Origin: Macrostomum lignano
Lineage: Eukaryota
DNA: 64,000 nucleotides
Direction: 5' to 3'
NCBI GenBank assembly: GCA_002269645.1
Contig: NIVC01003375.1
Span: forward strand, 37,132-101,131
Positions 23,301-34,899 of this stretch are shown here, piece after piece. Positions within the stretch are counted from its first letter, which is position 1, and every line of letters starts with the position of its first letter. Both the position numbers and the translations under genes were made by a program. The notes under the pieces are model-generated. The model was not told the origin of the DNA. It saw only the letters and a program-made list of their open reading frames with translations, and searched no databases.

Positions 23301-26300
23301 AATTAAAATAAAAATACATTATTTTAAAATACACAAAGCTTTTAGCATCAATCCAAATCTCAAAGTTTGCAAGAACATATCTCAACTATTTTTTGTCATT
23401 TTTTCTTTAAAGTTTGTTTGCAAAATCTTTTTTGAGCATATCAATCAATATGGCAAAATCAAAAAATTAGGAGCAAGTTTTTTGAAAATTCATTTTTTGT
23501 GTTTTGAAAGCAGTAAAGCTATAAAATAAATTTAGCTTAGTTTAAGAAGTTAAAATTTTTCTATCCATTATCTGTGGATATCTTATTTAAAACTATTTGT
23601 GTCCAATTGGAACTTTTCACTTGGGTCTATTCTGTTTTTAAGAATTGAAAAATATGAGACTAGCTGCATGGCCTTTGCTTTTGCTTTTTTTCAGTGGAGG
23701 AGATAACTAAAAAGATCACCAACTTGATTTGATTAGTTGGCTTAGCAGAAAACTTCTTTAAGGCAATCTGAATAGTTTTTCTTTTCAGGCTAAGTAGATA
23801 AATTAGAGTAAATTTTTCAACTGGAAACCTTGTATAAAAGGTATAGCCATAGGTGGTTTCTTTTGAAATCATAAATTTTGTACATATAGCCATAAAGAGT
23901 AGCTATTTTCCATAGACTTGTCTATAGCTTCCATAAATACAAATACATTTAGTTTCAGTAAGGTACCATGGCAAAACAAAAAATATTATCAGCATAATAA
24001 ATATAGCATTTTTCAAACCAATTGAAAAACACTGTGAAACCTATCAGTTAAACATTATAGTGCATTGTGCAGAAAAACTTTTTTACAGACATCATTTTTG
24101 GTCTCCAAAAGTTTACATTCTCAGCTGCAACCTAACAGCACAAATAGGTAAAACGAGTGATATAATAACAGTTTATGCATTTTTATAACCATTGCCATTT
24201 ATATTAAAGTTTTTGCATGAAAACAAGACACTGGTTGGTAGGAAACTGCTAAACTAGCAGCTGAGTTGAGTTCATGCGTCTTGTCCAACAGATTGCTGCC
24301 AGTCTGTCTGCCTCTGCGCCCGATGGAGGCGGAGCGGCCGCATCTGCCGACCCGACTGCAGGCGCCAAGCGCAGCTTCAACTCCAGCAACTCCGACGATG
24401 ACGACTCGCCGGCTACAAAGCGCAGCTTCGCTGGTCCCGGTGGCGACTCTGCAGCGGCAACAGCGGGAGCCGCCTCTGCTGTGACGCCCGCCAGCAGCGC
24501 CAAGTTGGCCGCCGCCGCCGCAGCAGCCGCCAAAATTAATGAGAAGCTCTGCGGCAGCGCCGCCGGCGGTGGTGCAGCTGCGGCCGCGGTGAAGCCGCCG
24601 ATGCTGATGACCTCCCTGGCTGACGCGGCCCCTGCGGCGCCCAGCCACACTGTGGAGCACAAAATCCTCGACCGCTATGTCGGCCTGATGATTGGCCGGG
24701 GCGGCGAGACGATCACCAGGCTGCAGGCAGAGTCCGGCGCCCGCATCCAGATCAGCTCGGACAGCGTGGACGGCACCCGCAATGTGACCATCTCGGGCGG
24801 GCAGGCCGAGGTCGAGCGGGCCAAGCGGATGATGGACGCCATGATTGCCGAGAAGGGTGGAGGCGGAGCCGGCGATCGGAGCCGAGGCGATCAGGCGCAG
24901 GAAAGCATCGAGATTAACATTCCGGCCTCTAAAGTTGGCCTATTGATTGGCCGAGCAGGCGAGAATATTAAAAGCTTACAGGAGAAATCCGGCGTCAAAA
25001 TGATTTTGATTCAGGACGGCACAACGGCTTCGATGTCTGAGAAGCCGCTTAAGATAACTGGTGAGTCGGAGAAATGCTACGCATGCATGCAACCGGTTAG
25101 AAGATAGAAGTTTGCTGTAGGGATTTTGGGTTCTGACGCGAATGAAATCGAGAGTCAGCCCCCAGCCAGGCAGGTGGCAAAGTCTTGTCAGTCACATACA
25201 AGATGTACAACAACCCCCGACTTTCTTATTGTGAGCCAAATCATGGTTTGTACACTACATTATAAATAAAAAATTTTGCTACTCATAATCAAGCAGGAAG
25301 CTCTAAATGATAAAGTAGTCTTATAGGAGGAAAACAGCTCGTTTTTTGGAAATTTGAAAGTTCCTTTCAGGTGAAGTAAATATATACGCTTTTATTTTGT
25401 TTAAGCCGTCAAGATTGACTTGTGTTTTAATAAACACTGGTCGGTTGCCATGGATTTTATTTAATTAACTTCTGCTGTCAGCTAATCAGATGACAGATGA
25501 ATTCACAGCAGAATGGAACAGTGGGTTAATATCATAATATTTGTAGTAATGTTTGCTCAAAACATTGGGTAATGTTAATTTACTTATATACGAGTATTGC
25601 ATATAAAAAAACTAAATAGATGATGCTTTTTAATGGTTTATTCATATTCGCTGAAGCAGTGACAGCCGTCAATCCAACTACCGGTACTTGACTTGATATT
25701 CACGCGACCCCTGGTCAGCACAAACCTGCTTGGACGCTTTGGACGCAGCAGTCCCATTGGACTCCAACGCGACATAGCGTACTGTTGGGACACGTACGTG
25801 ACAAATATTGCCTGTCGAACTTCGACATTCTCTTGCAGTACCGCTATCTGCTGAGTGAGCAGTCCGACGCCAAAGTTGAGCAGGAACACCGCTACCCACA
25901 AGTAAACAACTGCCTGAGGCCACAGCACTAGGTAGTCGCTAATTCCGCTGAATTCACCCAAGGTAAAGGTGTAACGGAACGTCCGACCCAAATAGTCCAT
26001 CGCGCAGACCCAGGAGAAGCTCTGGCAGGTGACGTAAGGCTGATTGAGCAGCATAGTGAAGCCAACAAGAAGCAGAGGCAGGCAGATGATGTATATCAGC
26101 GTTACGCAGGCATTAAGGCAGTGCAGCACATAGAACACAGTTTGGCAGTGACCGGCCATCTTGCAGGCAAACAGCAGCATCATCATCACCATGAACTCTG
26201 TATCGATTATAAATACAAGCTGCAGTCTCACAGACTCCACAAACCAGTCACTGCCCACCTGGAAATAGCTGCCTGGGTCCAGAAAAAATAGCTGCTCCAG

Positions 26301-29300
26301 CACTAGCGCTGCGATCTGGATGCCAAAGAATCCTAGCATGACGCCCTCAAATATGCAGCCCCGCAGAGTTGCGAAGCCCTTAATCCATAGCAGGCCCTTC
26401 CATCTCTGACGCATCAGCTTCGGCGTGGCGTAGTGATTGATGAATCCGGCCGCAATCCAGTACAATCCGGCAAGAATTGTAAACACCTGGATTGATATTC
26501 TAATGTAAAATAAGTAGCGATAGCTTGCAATGAATTCAGGGGACACGACATCAATAAAGGCCAAGCTGTAGTTCTTCTGGCCCGGGATTTTCACCTGCAC
26601 GCTCGAGTTGAAGGTGTTCATAGTAAATATTCTGATATTAAGTGTGGCCAGCAGGAAAATAAACGTCAGCGTGTTGAACGCCAGCGAAATCAAAGTGGCC
26701 AGTTGGTACTGCGCATTGTTGCCGATGCTGCTAAAGTACGCTTGTGCAACAGGACTTTTGAAGAAGCACAAGTAACTTGGTGGCAGTTTGTCTCCAATGA
26801 GCTGCTGTGCGCTTAAAACGAATTTCACGAACGGAGACTTTAGGAAGCGATCTCCACCAGAGCTGGAGTAGCGGCTGAGGTCGACCTCCTCGACCAGCAG
26901 GCTCGGGTCGGTCGGGTGCTCCCGCTCCCTGATCAGGTATCCGGGCGCATTGGCGAACGCTGTCGCCAGGTGGAAGCAGTCCCTGGCCGCCGCGTACTCC
27001 AGCGGTGTCAGGCAGTCGGCCGTCAGCTCTTCGCTCAGCAGCCGAGCGCACGCGTCCGGATGGCGGCGCGACAGTCTGGCGAAGAGCCGAGCGAGCTGCG
27101 CCTCGTCAGTCGGGCTGGCCAGGCTGGAGCAGCAAAAGTCCACCAGGAGGAACAGGGCGCAGCGGGCGCGGTCCCACAGACCGAGGCTGTCGACCAGCTC
27201 GACTGCTCGGCTGGCCAGCTCGTCGTCCCGAGCGAGCAGCACGAAACAGAACTGTGACAGCTTGGGCTGCCGATCTGCCGCCGAGCTGTAGTCGGCGGCG
27301 CCGTCGCAGAATCGGCAGTCGCTGTGCCGCAGCAGCTCCGGATGCTGCTGCAGTTCTGCAGCAAATTGCGCATAGTTCCCAAAGTGCAGCAGCTCCATGC
27401 TTCTATCTTGAAGCTCCATTGCCGATATCTCGTCGGCATCCTTGATTTCTAGTATTTCATCCTTGCTGTTGCCTTCATTCCAAGCCAATTTTCTTGCCCT
27501 GTTGGTAGCCGCACCTTGGACAGCGCTCTTAGTCTCGCCCGAATTCGACATTGATTCTCTGCAGCCGTCGATTTATAAAAGCCAATATTAGCCTTTTAGA
27601 CTGGCTCATCGTCACTGCATTTATACTGTGCTGTTGGTCAGCAATAACGGTTTACATATATGGCCACTTCAGTAAATTGGATTTGCATCGAGTGCCTACT
27701 TTAGAATGAGTTGAATGCTCTTGTACGTGACAAATAAGCAGTTAGTCATTGTCATTGTTGATCGGGTATGATGTAGTTAGCTTAGCTGGGCGACAGTTTC
27801 CATCAGCTAATGAGCTTGATTTGGATTAGTTAATCTGGACTGCTGTGCTAAATAGAAATCGACAAAGTAGTCATTGACATCGACTGCAATGTTCTCGTGA
27901 GCAATTCTCTCGATGCTTTGAGCAGACTCTATTTCCATGGAAACATTGGCAACTGATCAATTTGGTCGCAGAAGTATTCTGCGTGGTATTGGAAAGATAA
28001 AGAATTAACTGTCAGCGCAGCGATGTGAAAAAATGTCAGGCAGTGGTGCAAAGTCGTCAGAAGTGAAAAAACGCCCCCCCCCCCCCATTTAAAATTAGGC
28101 ACCCCCGATCGGTTAAACTACGCTCGCGATCTGGTGATGGAGCTGCTCAACTCCAAGGAGCAGCAGCCCTCTGGCGGCTTCGGCCAAGGCGCTGGCGGGC
28201 CCAGGGGACCTGGCAGTTTTGGCGGCGGCGGCGGTGGCGGCGGCTATAGCGGCCGTGGCGCTTTCGGCGGCAATCACTACGGCGGCAGCAGCGGCTACGG
28301 CGAGAGTTTTGAAGAGATTAAAGTGCCTCGCCGATGTGTTGGCGTTGTCATTGGCAAGGGCGGCGAGATGCTGCGCAAGATTAATCAGGACACCGGGGCC
28401 AAGGTGCAGTTCAAGCAGGAGGGACCAGGTGATCGAGACCTGCCCGAGCGCACTCTGCAGGTAAGCTTGCAAGCTGTCTTTACAAGCTATCAAGACCAGT
28501 GTTGCCTCGTGTAGTTCCAGCGCCTTCATTTCATGATAACAATTATTAGAAATGTAGTATCGAACCGTCCTTAAAATCACATTTTTATGGTTAAAAAATC
28601 GCCCCTTTTTCTTCTCAATGAAACTTCATTATAGAGCTCTCTTGTGCTGTTCGCAATTACAATTGAGCCCCTAGATATTGGCTTGGAAATTGGAAACCGC
28701 CGTTCCATTACCCTTCACCACCGCCCTAATACCCTTCACCTCCCCATTACCCTTCACCACCGCCCTAATACCCTTCACCTCCCCATTACCCTTCACCACC
28801 GCCCCAATACCATTCACCTCCCCATTACCTTTCACCGCCGCTCATTACCTTTCATTGCCGCCCCATCACCCTTCACCGCCGCCCCATCACCCTTCATTGC
28901 CGCCCATCACCCTTCACCGCCGCCCCATCACCCTTCACCGCCGCCCCATCACCCTTCATTGCCGCCCCATCACCCTTCACCGCCGACCCATCATCCTTCA
29001 TTGCCGCCCCATCACACTTCATTGCCGCCCCATCACCCTTCATTGCCGCCCCATCACCCTTCATTGCCGCCCCGTCACCCTTCATTGCCGCCCCATCACC
29101 CTTCATTGCCGCCCTATCACCCTTCATTGCCGCCCCATCATCCTTCATTGCCGCCCCATCATCCTTCATTGCCGCCCCATCATCCTTCACTGCCGCCCCA
29201 TTACCCCAACGCAGATCTCCGGCAACGTGCACTGTGCTCAGATGGCCGTAGAGCGAGTTCACGAGCTCATCAACGCTGTTATGAACGGCGAAATGCCCTC

Positions 29301-31203
29301 GGCTGATCGGTCTCGCGGCGGCGGCGGCGGCGGCGGCGGCCCGGACAACCGGCCGGCCACGTACGCCATACCGGCCGAGAAAGCCGGCCTGGTCATCGGG
29401 AAAGGCGGCGAGACGATCAAAGAGATCCAACGCGTGTCCGGCGCCTACGTTGCGATCCAACGGGAACCGCCGCCTAACGATTCTATCAAGGTGTTCGATA
29501 TTCAGGTATGCAGAGAGCAGCCAAGAACACCCCCATCCAGTAGTCAAGAATACCCCATCCTGTAGCCCAGAATACCCCCATCCAGTAGCCCAGAATACCC
29601 CCATCCAGTAGTCAAGAATACCCCATCCTGTAGCCCAGAATACCCACATCCAGTAGCCCAGAATACCCCCATCTTGTAGCCGAGAATACCCCCATCCAGT
29701 AGCCCAGAATACCCCCATCGTGTAGCCGAGAATACCCCATCCAGTAGCCAAGAATACCCCATCCAGAAGCCCAGAATACCCCAATCCAGTAGGCAAGAAT
29801 ACCCCAATCCAGTAGCCAAGAATACCCCCATCCTGTAGCCGAGAATACCCCATCCTGTAGCCGAGAATACCCCATCCTGTAGCCGAGAATACCCCTACCC
29901 AGTAGCCAAGAATACCCCCATCCAATAGCCCAGAATACCCAAATCCAATAGCAAAGAATATCCCTTTTCAACACCCAAGAATGCCCCGATTCAGTAACCG
30001 AAAATACCCCATCCAGTCAAGAATACCTCATTTAGTAACGAAGTACTTTCTAGTAGCAAATTACCTATGTTTATTACTTATTAGTTATTACATTGGGTTT
30101 TTATCTAAGTTCTGACTGGTCGGCATGGGCATTGTTGCTTGCCTCTGTCTGTGGGTCAGTTTTCGCCTTGACTTGTTGCAGCGCCACAAAGTCCATGCCA
30201 AGCAGTTGCTGGAGTCGTTATCGCATCTCATCTTTGTCTCTGTGTATTTTTCATTGCAGGGCAGCCAAGCTCAAATAGCGGAAGCTGTTCGCCTCATCTG
30301 CGAGAAAGCCGGCCTGCCCCATCAGAGCCAGCAGGGTGGACAGAGCTATCAGCAGCCGTATGGCCAGCAGCAGTACGGCGGCGACTCGGCTGGTTACTAT
30401 GGCAACAACGGCCAGGAGCAGCAATTGCAGCAGCAGCAACAGGAGCCGCTACCAGCGCCGCAGTACAATGACCAGACTGGCCAGATGGACTACAGCCTGG
30501 CCTGGGCTGAGTACTATCGCCGCCAGGGCATGGACAATTACGCCGATGCCATCCTGCAGCAGGCCGGCCAGCAGCCTGCCGGCTCATCGGCGCAACAGCA
30601 GCCGCAGTCGCAACAGCAGTCGGTACGCTTTCACTTGATTGATCGGCTTGAGAGATGGTAGATGCGGTAGCAGAGGTGCTAGATGGGGTAGGAGAGGTGC
30701 TGGATGGGGTAGCAGAGGTGCTGGATGGGGTAGGAGAGGTGCTGGATGGGGTAGGAGAGGTGCTAGATGGGGTAGGAGAGGTGCTGGATGGGGTAGCAGA
30801 GGTGCTGGATGGGGTATGAGAGGTGCTAGATGGGGTAGGAGAGGTGCTGGATGGGGTAGCAGAGGTGCTGGATGGGGTATGAGAGGTGCTAGATGGGGTA
30901 GGAGAGGTGCTGGATGGGTTAGGACAAGGAAAGGTGCTAGATACGGTAGGAACCGTGGAAAGAGAACTAAGAGAAACATACCCATTCTGCCCGCCATTCC
31001 TCATCAAAATGCAGTCCACTCAGCAAGATCAGTGGCAGCAGTGGCAGCAGTGGCAGCAATACCAGCAGCAGCAACAGTCCAATGGCAGTCAGCAGGGCTG
31101 GGGCCAGAGCCGCGACCAGCAGGAGTCCGGCAGCAGCGATGGCCGAAGCGGCGGTCAGCAGCAGCAGAACTGGTGGGAGAAGTCAGCCGCCGGTGGGAAA
31201 TAA
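20393..31203 (+). CDS. Far-upstream-element-binding/KHSRP/Psi-like RNA-binding protein, 4 KH domains + DUF1897-type motif, 672 aa, 6 exons
   Basis: Exons 20393-20437 (MSNPTFEAALAKAKQ), 24292-25060, 28099-28460, 29215-29505, 30260-30622, 31015-31203 (TAA); 2019 nt in frame. Four GXXG KH loops (IGRGGETI, IGRAGENI, IGKGGEML, IGKGGETI) and DYSLAWAEYYRRQG. Confidence 0.93.
20716..21175. mobile_element. hAT-type MITE, 460 bp
   Basis: 12-bp TIR CCATAGTCCGGA / TCCGGACTATGG; 8-bp TSD CAGATTGC at 20708-20715 and 21176-21183. Confidence 0.85.
21222..22279. mobile_element. Second, inverted copy of the TAGTCCGGA MITE family, split by a nested MITE
   Basis: Begins TAGTCCGGATCATGGCAGG and ends AAGGCCACCTTCTGGACTA, the reverse complement of the ends of the 20716-21175 copy; internal similarity to that copy. 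Confidence 0.7.
21476..22111. mobile_element. Nested hAT-type MITE, 636 bp
   Basis: TIR TAGTATTCC / GGAACACTA; 8-bp TSD GTTGGTTG at 21468-21475 and 22112-22119. Confidence 0.75.
22624..23109. mobile_element. Diverged relative of the TAGTCC(A/G)GATCAT MITE family
   Basis: Starts TATAGTCCAGATCAT, ends ATGATCTGGAGTG; closely similar to 46415-47315. Confidence 0.6.
25638..27551 (-). CDS. Divergent TRPV-like six-TM cation channel, 637 aa, intronless, nested in FUBP-like intron 2
   Basis: Single ORF. LTPLEYAA..VDLSRY resembles the TRPV last-ankyrin/linker region; six hydrophobic segments; pore-like TFRYTFTLGEF (cf. TRPV1 LFKFTIGMGD); S6-like VAVFLLNFGVGLL. Confidence 0.72.
   Translation of the reverse strand: MSNSGETKSAVQGAATNRARKLAWNEGNSKDEILEIKDADEISAMELQDRSMELLHFGNYAQFAAELQQHPELLRHSDCRFCDGAADYSSAADRQPKLSQFCFVLLARDDELASRAVELVDSLGLWDRARCALFLLVDFCCSSLASPTDEAQLARLFARLSRRHPDACARLLSEELTADCLTPLEYAAARDCFHLATAFANAPGYLIREREHPTDPSLLVEEVDLSRYSSSGGDRFLKSPFVKFVLSAQQLIGDKLPPSYLCFFKSPVAQAYFSSIGNNAQYQLATLISLAFNTLTFIFLLATLNIRIFTMNTFNSSVQVKIPGQKNYSLAFIDVVSPEFIASYRYLFYIRISIQVFTILAGLYWIAAGFINHYATPKLMRQRWKGLLWIKGFATLRGCIFEGVMLGFFGIQIAALVLEQLFFLDPGSYFQVGSDWFVESVRLQLVFIIDTEFMVMMMLLFACKMAGHCQTVFYVLHCLNACVTLIYIICLPLLLVGFTMLLNQPYVTCQSFSWVCAMDYLGRTFRYTFTLGEFSGISDYLVLWPQAVVYLWVAVFLLNFGVGLLTQQIAVLQENVEVRQAIFVTYVSQQYAMSRWSPMGLLRPKRPSRFVLTRGRVNIKSSTGSWIDGCHCFSEYE
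28703..29205 (+). repeat. 33-bp then 21-bp (CATCACCCTTCATTGCCGCCC) minisatellite, FUBP-like intron 3
   Basis: Direct reading; runs up to the 29214 acceptor. Confidence 0.92.
29520..30030 (+). repeat. ~22-bp minisatellite (AGAATACCCCCATCCAGTAGCC), FUBP-like intron 4
   Basis: Direct reading. Confidence 0.92.
30655..30918 (+). repeat. 21-bp minisatellite (AGAGGTGCTGGATGGGGTAGG), FUBP-like intron 5
   Basis: Direct reading. Confidence 0.92.
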
Positions 31204-34200
31204 GGTGAGTCTTTCAACTAGTTGGAGTGCAAGCATTCGCATTTCAAATGTCATAAAAGTCAGTCTTTCGACTTAGTCAATCTGAATTTTGAATTAAGAA
31301 TAGGCTAGATTAAATTTGAGTTAATGACTTCAGCAATTGGTATTCTATCGTAGTTTATAGCCAAGACTGAAATTTTTGTTTTATTTCGGTCCCAGGCCGA
31401 TACGCGCCCCACCTTCGAACTTTTCTCTCCATTCTGACCAGGTTGATGAGGCGCTGGCTTGTGTCGATGGCATAAAACACATTATAATATACAATAATAG
31501 CAACTAATAACGCATTGAAACTCCCCGCTGTCCAGAGCTACTAAATCTCGAAGCGCATATCTGAAAGATAATTCAAGCAACCCACCCCCCTCTCGTAGCT
31601 GACGCACCCCCTCATTGCAACCTAAAATTATTATTATTTTGAAATTAAATCTTCAAAACTCGCCGCAACTTGGAGTCGCTGAAAATCGGGCGGTGCAGCC
31701 AGAGACTGGCGGTCGCGGATCAGCGCCTCCCTCCTCCCCCTTCGAGGCCTTCTGGCGAGCAGCAGCGTGGAAGTAAATAATATTTGGCTCCGTATTTGTT
31801 TTTCTGTTTGCTTTTCCGTGTTTGAAATATTTCTTAAAATTTAGCAAGCATCAATTTCCGTACGCCGCCTTCACTTCGCTAATATCGTTTATTTATTTAT
31901 TGAATTATATTGTTTTACTATCGCAGTGTTTATAATTTATTGTAATTATTAATAGAATCGCATCGCACACTCGCCACGCAAATGCCCCGCATTCCCCCTG
32001 TCTCTACTGTTTCATTGGCTATTCAGCATGTTTTATCAATAGCATTCACTGAACCAATCATCGCCCTCGTACTTTTTTTCTACTTCAAACAATGTATAAT
32101 TTTATAGTATAAAGTATAAAATGGGGTGTTATACAATCCAATTATTAATTAATATCGCAGCATAATTATTTGTAGAAGGATTAATCACCATATTCCATTG
32201 TTTTAGTATTAAGGAAATTATTGTACCAATTAAAAATTGGCTGCATTCAATTCATAAAAAATTATTAACATTAGATTTATGAAATAGCTGGCGTGCAATG
32301 GGCCCTGTTGTGACAGCGGTAAGTTAAGCTTTTATTTCTAATATTATTCTATTAATATAAAAATAATTGCTCAACTCGCCACAAAAGAAATTAAATGAAT
32401 AATTTTATAATGAAATCGTTTACATAAAAAACGCACCACGCCATTCGCATGTACACTGAAAGGATCGTTAATTGCAAATCATCTCTTACAGAATTTCAAC
32501 AACTTTAACAAATTTATTACCTGAGTTTACATTGAATCGTATATCAACCTATTAGAGATAAATTTTATCCATGGGGCATAATTATTATGCAAATGTGCAG
32601 CAGCCATCGAAGGATGTCAATATGCGTGAGTTTTTCTTAGTTATTCTTAAGTCGTATCTAAATAAAATTCTCACTGACATAATTCAGTTGCTTTGCCAAT
32701 ATAAAATAGTTAAGCAAAAATTGAAATCTAAACATATAGTATTGCTTAAGTGTTGAATTGATTTATGTAGTTTGAAAATAACTTTAATATAGCATGATAA
32801 TATATATAAATACATTCTATATTATAAGTTCATTTTTTAATATAAGTATTGAACATCGTTAGTTGTCTCAGCAGTGTAACTTTTTCTTTGGGCCCGTGTA
32901 TCGTAATATTCTTAATATACTACTTCTTCTTTAGAAGCTAAGTTTTAATTCTTTTTCTCTGGCGTGAATAAACGTTGTGCAGCATTGAATTCATATGTAA
33001 TTTTTTTTCTAAACACGCTTTATAGCTAGATTAAAAACTGGCGGCTATAGACGCCTAGACTAAAGTGTAAGGCAGTCTTATTGGAGAATTAACAGTTACC
33101 ATAAATTTGAAGACACCCAGCCCTCTTTGCGTATGTACTCGAAAATGTTTATTTTAAACTTGTATTAATAAACGAAATGTTCGATAAACTGTGTTGTAGT
33201 TACAAGTTAAAACTTTTCTAAAGCATTAGCAACGTCTTTAGGTCTAATACTACGCATTCTGGTAGAAAATTGTTATAACATTGGAGGGTTTTTGCTGTTT
33301 AATATGATATATCTGTTTTCTCTAGTATTTTTGTTCCCTCCGATGCACAGTTAACTCATATTTTTATATTATAAAATTAAAAATATCAAACCTCTTTCTT
33401 TGACAAGCTTTAAAGTTCAATTAAGCTTATTTATCTATTGCCTCAATTCGTGCATGTTCAAGTAAAAAAATGTAACTTGCAAAGAAAATTTGCGATACAT
33501 TAGCGCGTACATTTACCCACAGATACTATAAACACTAGATGGGCCGCTCAGGCTAATTTTCTGGGCAAGTTTTTTATTCTACTTTCTGCTTAGTAGCAAT
33601 GAAAGGAAGCAACAGTATTATTTGCTAAATTAGACAAATCGAGTGACTGTTTTTAAGACATCGTTTTGCTAACGCCATAAACAACTAACTTGTTTTGTGC
33701 AGTAATGGTGTACATTAAGACGCGACAGACAGTGTGCAATGCCGCTATCTTTCAAAGTGGAGGAAGGGGGGTAGTCTGGAATAGGGTTAATATCAGTTTC
33801 GTATAAGGCAGGGTGAGTGGATCGATAATTTAGGCCTACTGGTGGTGGGATAGAAAATAAAGGACTGCACATAGCTAGCCTGGGTTAGGGGTGGGGTGGG
33901 GGTTGAGAGGTTGTGGGTTAGAAAATTTGGGGGTGGCGAATCGTGCTTAAATACAAGCTTATATAGATGAACAGGACAAGAGTCAGAGTTAAAGAAAGTT
34001 CGAGTGCATACTAGCTTTTCTATCTAATCTTGTACTCGAGAAATGTTTTGATTCGAACCACTGCTGTGCTCCCACTTGCACGAGCTTTGTACTAGTGCTA
34101 TTAACATCCGAGAAAGAAAAATCCGTTGCGAATGCATAAATTACCAAAAGATGACACTGGCGAAGCGCTGGCAGCAGCTACTACAGGAGCGTGGATATTG

Positions 34201-34600
34201 ATCTTTATAAACAATTAAATCACGGGGCCTCCGTGTGTTCAGCTTGCACTTTATGGACGAGGCCTACTGCTGCCTTACAAAGTGCCACGGATGTGCAAGA
34301 CATCTGTTTTCGCTGGGACGCAATCCCACACCAAGAGTTGATGCTGCCTCGGCTCGTTCAAATAGACCAGCTACCCTCTGTGCAAAGGACTGATAAACGA
34401 TGAAGAGGCAGACGACATGTACCCTCCAGTGCTGGGGCCAATTAGCAATCTATCTGCAGCCGAGCCTGCGACTTGCCTGCTGCCAGTGCTGTGGCAGAGC
34501 AACCTTCGGCTACCAGATTCTGCGCCGAGAACAGCTGTTGCGGCTGAAAGCTCTCACCTCTGCAGCCGATTCGCGGGTTCCAAGCGCTAGAGGCAAAGAT

Positions 34601-34899
34601 CAAGCGGCTGCAGCAACGATCCCGAAAGTGACAGGCGAATCAAGCGGCTGCAGCGGCAATCCCGAAAGTGACAGGCGAATCAAGCGGCTGCAGCGGCAAT
34701 CCCGAAAGCGACAGGCAAATCAAGCGGCTGCAGCGGCAATCCCGAAAGCGACAGGCAAATCAAGCGGCTGCAGCGGCAATCCCGAAAGCGACAGGCAAAT
34801 CAAGCGGCTGCAGCGGCAATCCCGAAAGCGACAGGCAAATCAAGCGGCTGCAGCGGCAATCCCGAAAGCGACAGGCAAATCAAGCGGCTGCAGCGGCAA
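34601..34899 (+). repeat. 40-bp tandem repeat, ~7.5 copies
   Basis: CAAGCGGCTGCAGCGGCAATCCCGAAAGCGACAGGCAAAT starting at 34601, 34641 ... 34881. Confidence 0.95.

Noticed and set aside
9635-27551. Functional link between the cGLR and the TRPV-like channel as a sensor-effector pair
   Set aside because: 12 kb apart with housekeeping genes between them; proximity in an animal genome does not imply a shared pathway, and no STING-like gene is in the window.
31520-33950. Possible decayed hAT transposase remnant (IIYFHAAARQKA; C-rich and G-rich flanks)
   Set aside because: Could not define TIRs, a TSD or a convincing coding stretch.
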